DNA of 63,901 nt, counting the filler, from Nitrospirae bacterium CG2_30_53_67 (GTDB taxonomy: Bacteria; CG2-30-53-67): NCBI GenBank assembly GCA_001873285.1. It is 6 parts of 6 records of this genome, joined end to end, with 100 filler letters (N's around TTAATTAATTAA, not from the genome) between each part and the next. Parts side by side here need not be neighbours in the genome. Positions count along the whole stretch, not along the records: positions 54,522 to 63,901 come from MNYV01000171.1; 5 more parts are not named here. One strand, 5' to 3'. Position 1 is the stretch's first letter. Each line of letters begins with the position of its first letter. Shown here piece by piece: positions 54,653-61,390 of this stretch. The notes beneath the pieces are model-generated. The model did no database searches. It had not been told where the DNA came from and worked only from the letters and a program-made list of their open reading frames with translations. The position numbers and the translations under genes are program-made.

Positions 54653-54969
54653 AAATTCCTCCTTCGAGATGAAACGACATCCATAATCCTTGGAGTGGCT
54701 GCAACCTTAATTATTTATTTGGGAAGGGCTTGAGAAGACGGATGCGCCGCCATGGCATCAAAGCAATGGCGAACCTTCTTTAAACAATATGATTTTCCAC
54801 CCCCCAGGAAATCACGCATCTAAAAATATTCGCATCATAGCATGTTTTTCCATCATGTCAATATTTTTTTAAAGGGCGGCCCATTTAAAAAATGTTTTGA
54901 CACGGGAAAGGTTATTTGCTATAAAAAGTTTAAAAAAAGAGGAACTGAATTACGGTGGGGGGTGAATTC

Positions 54970-55197
54970 ATGTATGAGTTATTATCCGTTTTTAAAATAG
55001 TTTTCTATGCCTTGTTGATGGTTTCGATTCTGTTGATCATGAGCATTTTCTTACTCAGTATCTTAAACGACGACATGGCATTCAGTCCGGAAACCATCGA
55101 GGTCAAGAAAGGGAGACTATTAAATATCTTTTTAAAACTCTGCTTGTGCGGTGTGACCATGGCGGGTTACGTTGTCATGATGGTAGAAATCCGTTAA
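54970..55197 (+). CDS. Small two-TM membrane protein
   Basis: Two hydrophobic helices; upstream TTGACA…TATAAA. Confidence 0.55.
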   Translation: MYELLSVFKIVFYALLMVSILLIMSIFLLSILNDDMAFSPETIEVKKGRLLNIFLKLCLCGVTMAGYVVMMVEIR

Positions 55198-55198
55198 A

Positions 55199-55438
55199 CC
55201 CCGTTACAACCGTTGGAAATTTCATCATAGGCAAAGTCAAAATCGATCAGTTCGTCAACCTTCCTCAGCGGATGGTTCTTACGGACTCGCTTATCAATGT
55301 TGATGTCAACATAGAACAAACTGCTCTGCGGTGGTTGCTGCACTCCCATCATGGCTCTCGACTCCTCTCGTCATGATTAATTGTGCAGTATAATAGCATG
55401 ATTCAACGCTTCGAGCTATATGATTTGGGCAACAGCCC
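55199..55438 (-). mobile_element. Truncated IS1182-family element (left end plus ~45 codons), cut off by a CCCCGTTAC end
   Basis: End GGGCTGTTGCCCAAATC at 55438; ATG 55352 gives MMGVQQPPQSSLFYVDINIDKRVRKNHPLRKVDELIDFDFAYDE. Confidence 0.8.
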
Positions 55439-56035
55439 GTGTAGGCGCGACCCTGGCAGCGCACGTTCCATATCGCACTCCTCCTCTGAAAACGACTGTT
55501 TTCTGCAAAGCAAGGATACGAGTGATGAAGGCGATCGATTTTCGAGTTCGTCAGGTTGCCTGTTCTGTGTTATATCGATTGTACGAATAGGCTTCTGCGG
55601 TGTGAGAACTAGTTGCGAAGGATCTTGAACCGGCAGCCGGTCATCACCGCGTGTTCTAATGGTGAAGAAAAATGTTTGTCCTTCTTTCTCCACATCCATG
55701 ACCTCATGGCCCAAGCGGTTACAGATGTGTTCAATCTCCCAAGGCATCTCGATATCGCTGCTCCGTAGAATAAGAAGCCGGCCTGGCGGCATACGGTCTA
55801 TCAGCGCTCGTATAAGAAATGCTTTGGGCGCCATCAAGGGAGCTACAAGGTCAATCTCCGGAATCAACAGATGCTGCTTCTTCACAATTCTGACATTGCA
55901 GCAAAGCTTTCTTAAACCTTCTTTTAAGAAGGCGGACCGCACAATACCCCCTTCCAACCGTCTGCGCTCCATAGGGAGCTGGACAGAATGGCTCAGCATC
56001 AGAGGATTACTGAGACTCAAGCGATTTTGCGCCAA
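55403..56035 (-). CDS. ORF containing a degenerate TusA/SirA-like domain (boundaries uncertain)
   Basis: IDL…P…ALIDRMPPGRLL…WEIEHICNRLGHEV…FFFTIR; lacks the CP motif. Confidence 0.45.
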   Translation of the reverse strand: MAQNRLSLSNPLMLSHSVQLPMERRRLEGGIVRSAFLKEGLRKLCCNVRIVKKQHLLIPEIDLVAPLMAPKAFLIRALIDRMPPGRLLILRSSDIEMPWEIEHICNRLGHEVMDVEKEGQTFFFTIRTRGDDRLPVQDPSQLVLTPQKPIRTIDITQNRQPDELENRSPSSLVSLLCRKQSFSEEECDMERALPGSRLHGLLPKSYSSKR

Positions 56036-56138
56036 GACTACTCGGCATCGGCCTAGTTGTAAACAAACGCGCTAAACCCCTCGATTCCCAATTCGCCCGC
56101 CCCCGTAATTTGTTCAGTCAGATCAATCTTGAAGACCA

Positions 56139-56642
56139 TCAAACAAAAAGATTGATCTTGGCGTCGCTTGCGATATCAAGATAGCTCGCCGCGCCCACAA
56201 ACTCACACCCATCGATGAAATCACTTTGATGAAAACCGAAGAGTTCCATGGTCATCTGGCAGGCCAGCAACTTGACCCCGGCTTCCATACACAGGCTTCT
56301 GAGCTGTTCGATGGTGGCAACGCCGTTGTTGGCGATGGTCTTTTTCATCAGGACGGTAGCCAAGCTCTCATATCCAGGAATATTGGCCTGAACAATATTC
56401 GGGATGTTCCAGCTGATATTCCGGAACCACTTTGGTCCCATAGGCATCTTCATGGGCATGGCCGGGTTGCCCAAGGGGCTGACAGTGGCTGTGATCTTTT
56501 TCTTGAGCAGGGTCAGACCATAAAAGGTAAAGAAGATGCTGACCTCGTAGTCGAGAGCGGCGGCCGTAGACGCGAGGATAAAGGGGGGGTAGGCCCAGTC
56601 CAACGTTCCTTTTGTTGATATGATTGTCATTTTTGTTCCCAT
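56139..56642 (-). CDS. DsrE/DsrF/DrsH-like (DsrE2-type) sulfur carrier
   Basis: KGTLDWAYPPFILASTAAA, FFTFYGL, ACQMTMELFG. Confidence 0.92.
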   Translation of the reverse strand: MGTKMTIISTKGTLDWAYPPFILASTAAALDYEVSIFFTFYGLTLLKKKITATVSPLGNPAMPMKMPMGPKWFRNISWNIPNIVQANIPGYESLATVLMKKTIANNGVATIEQLRSLCMEAGVKLLACQMTMELFGFHQSDFIDGCEFVGAASYLDIASDAKINLFV

Positions 56643-56688
56643 AACTCTACTCCTTTCCTGTGGGCTGAAACGGTTTTCATCAGCCCTG

Positions 56689-57465
56689 TTAGTAAATCCA
56701 TCCCTCTCTTTGATAGGTTTTGTTTTGGTACATCCAATAAAACACAAGTAAGAACAGCATGAGGCCCGACAAGCTGTAACAGATGATAGTCAGGTTTAAA
56801 GGTATCAATATCAAAGATGTCACAACTTCTATGAGTATAAGCACCAATAGCATCTTCACGATCGCTTCTCTCGATAAAATAGAGCATATAAGCGCTCCAA
56901 GGGGGGCTCCCACCACCACGACCGGAACAGAAGCTATCCAATAGCCTCGGACATTGTCTGTAACTCCTTGAAGGATAAATTGGTATATGAAAACTCCCAC
57001 GATGGCATTTGTAGCCATTAGGACAACATTTGTAATATTAGGAACCAAGAGAGGGGAAAATGCAAAGGCGCCGCAGGTAATCCCGATCACTCCGCCTGAG
57101 CTTGCCCATAGCAGAACCCGCCTTTCGACCGGTATCCCGCCTATGAAAATAAGAAGCGATGCTGCCGACATGCCGATGCTCTGGATGAGAAGGGCGAAAA
57201 CCTTTGCGTCATAAGGCGGTATGTGTAGGAGCTTTGTGAACACAGGAAACGAAACGGCGGCGCCCCCTTCAGCGGTTCCGCCGGCTATAATGGACCCAAA
57301 GACCATTGTTATGGTTACTTCCCAATTGTCGAACAAACATGAAAGTAATTTATCCCGGCCCACTGCCACCAGCAAAAGCACCCAAGTGTATAACACAACA
57401 AGAACAGGGAGTTTAGAATGTAATTTATGCGGCGAGTTCATTTCCGGGCCTTTCAAATGATCCAC
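56689..57465 (-). CDS. TauE/SafE sulfite-exporter family protein, possibly internally deleted
   Basis: GSIIAGGTAEGGAAVSFPVFT, IQSIGMSAA, VPVVVVGAPLG. Confidence 0.75.
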   Translation of the reverse strand: MDHLKGPEMNSPHKLHSKLPVLVVLYTWVLLLVAVGRDKLLSCLFDNWEVTITMVFGSIIAGGTAEGGAAVSFPVFTKLLHIPPYDAKVFALLIQSIGMSAASLLIFIGGIPVERRVLLWASSGGVIGITCGAFAFSPLLVPNITNVVLMATNAIVGVFIYQFILQGVTDNVRGYWIASVPVVVVGAPLGALICSILSREAIVKMLLVLILIEVVTSLILIPLNLTIICYSLSGLMLFLLVFYWMYQNKTYQREGWIY

Positions 57466-57503
57466 TTGGGAAAGCTAACGGACACACCCCTACGTTACGC
57501 ATT

Positions 57504-57951
57504 TTAAAATACGAGCGGCAATAGCCGATACGTGTTCTTCCGATAGATAACATATTGTTCCCCGAAAGCCTCAAGCAGCGCCCGTTCTTCGATTGTTATG
57601 CGATAAAGGTACAAAGGAAGAGCAAGAAAGATGAAAGCGAGGATTCCAAAAGTACTTTGTAAGAAAATAAGGAGTCCAAGAAACCCGAGGATCAAACCCG
57701 TGTAGCTGGGATGTCGTATGACGCTGTATATCCCATGGGTGACTAATTGATGCTTTTCCGTAATTTGCACCTTTGTTAAATGCAAGTAGCTGTGGATTCC
57801 ATACAAAGCTTTGAGGAACGCGGGTTACCATAATGAAAGCCGATTCGAACAAGAAAACAGATAGAATGACCCGATATATGGGTTGAGATAATGCCGTTTG
57901 ATAACGAGGAAAAGAGAGTTGACGATAGAATCCTATTTTGCTTGACTGCAT
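57504..57951 (-). pseudogene. Isoprenylcysteine carboxylmethyltransferase-family gene, frameshifted or deleted
   Basis: C-terminal HQLVTHGIYSVIRHPSY…RITIEERAL…Y; the RBS-linked start is in another frame. Confidence 0.6.
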
Positions 57952-58069
57952 TGTGAGCCCCCCCCTACTCACTCACATCAATGGGAATAAGAGCAAGCTG
58001 TTAAGTTAATCTGGCCTTCTTAAGAACAATCTCAGTCCTGTCCACCAGCACATGAATTCTACGGATGCA

Positions 58070-58297
58070 TCAGAGCCCTACAAGACGGCCTGTGAAACCG
58101 ATTGCATGCAAGCGGACTAATAGTTGATAAGAGGATGTTTTCTCTGGATCGTATGCGACAAGCAGGAGCCTGTCTTGACTTGGATTGAATCTCGGAGCGA
58201 TCACTCCGGCCTCCTGCCGGAGTTGCTGTTCAAGTTTAGCCCGGTATTCAGGATGAACAGCATGGTCAAGGTAAATCATTATGTCGGCTAAATTCAC
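58070..58297 (-). CDS. Small HMA-like (ferredoxin-fold) protein without CxxC
   Basis: ADIMIYLD…GVIAPRF…LLLVAYDP; GTG start with AGGAG RBS. Confidence 0.6.
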   Translation of the reverse strand: MNLADIMIYLDHAVHPEYRAKLEQQLRQEAGVIAPRFNPSQDRLLLVAYDPEKTSSYQLLVRLHAIGFTGRLVGL

Positions 58298-58344
58298 TTT
58301 GAGCGCTCCTTTCAAGTTAATATCGGGTTCAACAATTCTGAATA

Positions 58345-58827
58345 TTAAAGTATAGCCCCGAATGGCAAAGGAATTCGGCTCCTTCTGGTCACAATATCGC
58401 AAGCTATACAATTTTCTCTTGTGGGCCGGAGAGAACATCCCTTGCATTCAGAGACAAGAAGAATGGCTTGATCGAGCTCGTCTCTCAGTTGCATATATTC
58501 CTTTATCTTTTGGTCCATGAGATCCCTTTCTTTCATGAGCTGTTCTAAGACCAAACCGTAGGCATCGTTCCCGGTTTGATGCTCTTTGCGAATCCGGTAG
58601 AGTGTTTTTATCTCTTTGAGAGGCATCCCTAAGCTTGTTAGTTTTTGAATAAACGAGACCTTGTCGACCACATCAGGGCTGAAGAGATAAAAACCACCAA
58701 GACTTCTTTCGCATGCTTGAATAAAACCCTCCTCAAGATAATATCTCACGGTTCTAATAGTTGTCCCCGCTCTACGTGCAACGTTTCCTATTTGAAGGCG
58801 TTTCTTAGTGTCCATAAGTGCTACCAT
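58345..58827 (-). CDS. MerR-family regulator with C-terminal Cys cluster
   Basis: IGNVARRAGTTIRTVRYY, LGMPLKEIK, CKGC…CIAC. Confidence 0.92.
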   Translation of the reverse strand: MVALMDTKKRLQIGNVARRAGTTIRTVRYYLEEGFIQACERSLGGFYLFSPDVVDKVSFIQKLTSLGMPLKEIKTLYRIRKEHQTGNDAYGLVLEQLMKERDLMDQKIKEYMQLRDELDQAILLVSECKGCSLRPTRENCIACDIVTRRSRIPLPFGAIL

Positions 58828-58832
58828 AGATG

Positions 58833-58863
58833 CATATATACATTAACGTTATTGTACTGTCAA
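58833..58863 (-). promoter_or_regulatory. MerR-type promoter with 19-bp spacer and dyad
   Basis: TTGACA-19 nt-TATATG; spacer dyad ACATTAACGTTATTGT (58840-58855). Confidence 0.7.
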
Positions 58864-58973
58864 GTCTTTTTTTATGTTTTTTGTATCTAAACCATACTTA
58901 ATTTTATGAGGTGACTTAAAAAGAGTATTGATCCTCAGAGATTTCTATAAGAAACATTCAACTGATCGTAATA

Positions 58974-59016
58974 AAAAAAAAGAGACCCGAAATTGAACCT
59001 CCGGGTCTCTTTTTTT
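58974..59016. terminator. Bidirectional intrinsic terminator after the cytochrome gene
   Basis: A-run, GAGACCCG-loop-CGGGTCTC, T-run. Confidence 0.88.
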
Positions 59017-59038
59017 GTTAATTTGTTTGTGAATGATC

Positions 59039-60031
59039 CTAATGGAGGAATGTCTCCGGTTCTCTGTATTCATGGCACGTTTTGCACGTGGTTTTTGCAG
59101 CATCCTTCCCGACCTTCCACTCATGCGGCTTATGACAGATGATGCATTCCATACCGACCATATTGATATGGAGGTCGTGTTTGCCGACTTTCTGGATCTC
59201 CCGGTGGCACTTGAAGCAGTCGGACTGCTCGGGCTTGACCTGGGTATGAGGTTTATGACAGGTATAGCATTCAAAAGACATCGGGGCCCCTTGAGGGAAT
59301 TTGATCCCTAACGTCGAGGCCTTCTGCACCATATTCGGATCAGGGATGAAGTGTTTGGTATCCACGGTCTTGGGGGCCAGGGCGATCCTTGATCGGGTTT
59401 CTGCGTCCCCATGGCAGGTCAGACATTTTTCCCTGTTCGGCCGGATATCCTTGGTTTTGTCCGTATGGCAGGCCAGGCAGGCCAGTCCTTCCATACCGAG
59501 GCCATGGACCTCCTTGCCTTCATGACATTTCAAACAGAACCTGTCGCTGGGAAGGAACTCATGAAGGCCCGCCTTGTTCTCTTTGAGGTATCCATGACAT
59601 TTGGAGCATTCAATCTGTTCAATGAATACATGTTTTGCATGTCCAGGGGATTTTGAAATATTCGGCGCGCTTTCAAATCCTTTTTCTGTCTCCCAGTGAC
59701 ACTTGAAACAGAATTTCCAAGGGACAATGATCTTCCCGTGCCTTGCCTCAACGGCCGTGGGTTTCTTCAAGAGGGTCATCAGGAGCATCCTGTTCTGTTC
59801 CCGGGGTGTTGCGTAATGGCATTCATGGCAGGTGACGCGGCTGTGGACGCTCTTCTCCCATGCATTGTAGGCGGTCTGCATCAGGTGGCAGCTGACACAG
59901 AATTTGGGATTATTTTCTGTAAAATCGTGAACATGATAGGCTATGGTCCCGCCCCCGGCAAAGATGACCAGGAGCAGAAGAATAATAATCAGGCGCCCCT
60001 TCAAAGATATCTTTTCCTTAAAAATATTCAT
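59039..60031 (-). CDS. Membrane-anchored multiheme cytochrome c (11 CxxCH), NapC/NrfH-like N-terminus
   Basis: TM anchor, FCVSCHLM…W..S.H…CHECH; 11 CxxCH motifs counted. Confidence 0.93.
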   Translation of the reverse strand: MNIFKEKISLKGRLIIILLLLVIFAGGGTIAYHVHDFTENNPKFCVSCHLMQTAYNAWEKSVHSRVTCHECHYATPREQNRMLLMTLLKKPTAVEARHGKIIVPWKFCFKCHWETEKGFESAPNISKSPGHAKHVFIEQIECSKCHGYLKENKAGLHEFLPSDRFCLKCHEGKEVHGLGMEGLACLACHTDKTKDIRPNREKCLTCHGDAETRSRIALAPKTVDTKHFIPDPNMVQKASTLGIKFPQGAPMSFECYTCHKPHTQVKPEQSDCFKCHREIQKVGKHDLHINMVGMECIICHKPHEWKVGKDAAKTTCKTCHEYREPETFLH

Positions 60032-60292
60032 TGATCCCCCCTCAGAGATGATGAACAAAAACAATGAAGATGATACCGAAATTATTCGAAATATTATATT
60101 ATACTAATATTCAAATCAAGCGAAAAATAAAGAGGTCCGGCATTTTTTCTTAAATTTAAAAATCCAAAGATTTTTCATCAGTTATAGAAAAGACTTGAAG
60201 TTTTATTTAACGGTTATATAATCTCATCCATCAAGAAAAAATGGTTTTCTTCCTGACAAAACCCCGAACTGGAAAAAGGTGACCGGAGAAAA

Positions 60293-61000
60293 ATGATGGA
60301 TGACCGTAGAACAAACCTTCCCATCAAGCAGTGGCCTGAAGAGGAACGCCCAAGGGAAAGACTGCATCAATATGGAGCGGAATCCTTGTCTGATGCCCAG
60401 CTCATGGCCATTCTCCTGGGAACCGGGGATGCCGGCAGAAGCGCTGTGGGTGTGGCCGTGGATCTTCTCAGCCGGTACCGGGATCTCAGGGAAATGAGCA
60501 CGGCAGGGGTTTCGGAGATTTGCAGGGTTCCGGGGATCGGCAAGGCCAAGGCCGCCCGCCTTCTTGCGGCCATGGAACTGGGGAAAAGGATCCAGGCATT
60601 TCCCTTGAAAGAGGGAGATCTGATTCGGGGAAGCCGTGACGTTTTTGAGTCCTGTCATCCCTATCTCAGAGACCTGAAAAAAGAGGTTTTTCGGGTGGTG
60701 CTGTTGAATGGGAAGAACAGGGTCATACGCACCCTGACCATATCGGAGGGGAGCCTGACCGCCTGTCTCGTGCATCCCAGAGAGGTTTTTGCGCCGGCCA
60801 TTCGCGAATCCTCGGCTTCGGTCCTCCTGATCCACAATCATCCGAGCGGGGACCCGACTCCGAGCCCCGAGGATATCGAAATGAACAAGAGACTCGTTCA
60901 GGCCGGTGAACTCATCGGGATCAAGGTCCTGGACCACCTGGTGATCGGAGACGGAAGGTATCTCAGTTTCGTGGACCAAGGGCTGATGACCGCAGGGTGA
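60293..61000 (+). CDS. radC: RadC / JAB-domain protein
   Basis: ERPRERL, GIGKAKA HhH, HPREVF, HNHPSGDPTPSPED, LDH. Confidence 0.96.
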   Translation: MMDDRRTNLPIKQWPEEERPRERLHQYGAESLSDAQLMAILLGTGDAGRSAVGVAVDLLSRYRDLREMSTAGVSEICRVPGIGKAKAARLLAAMELGKRIQAFPLKEGDLIRGSRDVFESCHPYLRDLKKEVFRVVLLNGKNRVIRTLTISEGSLTACLVHPREVFAPAIRESSASVLLIHNHPSGDPTPSPEDIEMNKRLVQAGELIGIKVLDHLVIGDGRYLSFVDQGLMTAG

Positions 61001-61008
61001 AAACATCA

Positions 61009-61272
61009 GGGGTCAAGGGTTCAAGGATTCCAGGGGTCAAGTGAACCCCGTTAGAGGTTGTCCTCTAACGGGGTGAAGTGCTCAAACACTACAAGGAGTT
61101 AAAGGAAGGGCCCCAGTCTTATCAATTATGATTGGAGATTTACAAAATAACAAAAAGATTTCCTGGAGAAGAAAGATAGTGATATCGAGGAGGTTGAGCG
61201 GATGCTCAAGGCACTGATCAAATCACTGGAAAACAAACACTTGACCCCTTGAACTCTGGAATCCTCGAACCC
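61009..61272 (+). pseudogene. Decayed four-helix-bundle (23S rRNA IVP / bAvd-like) gene between inverted octamer arrays
   Basis: MLKHYKELK…SYQL*LEIYKITKRFPGEER* then DIEEVERMLKALIKSLENKHLTP*; four octamers on each side in opposite orientation. Confidence 0.8.
61046..61073. mobile_element. 28-bp palindromic micro-insertion
   Basis: TGAA-CCCCGTTAGAGG-TTGT-CCTCTAACGGGG-TGAA; empty site GTCAAGTGAAGTGCT at 38104-38118. Confidence 0.9.
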
Positions 61273-61390
61273 TTCTTAATAAACATGAAAGAAAAAAATA
61301 TAGGTGACGGTCATAGAAAAGGCGGGTTTACAACACTATCAGGATGCCTACAGTTTTGAGCTGCAGGAGAAACTTCGTGAGCAAGGGGTC

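Noticed and set aside
61129..61131. TGA at a Cys-like position in the four-helix remnant as selenocysteine
   Set aside because: The same frame has a TAG stop and an internal deletion and no SECIS-like hairpin; simple decay.
61138..61252. Four-helix (Avd-like) remnant as part of a diversity-generating retroelement
   Set aside because: No reverse transcriptase and no TR/VR pair with adenine-specific differences seen.
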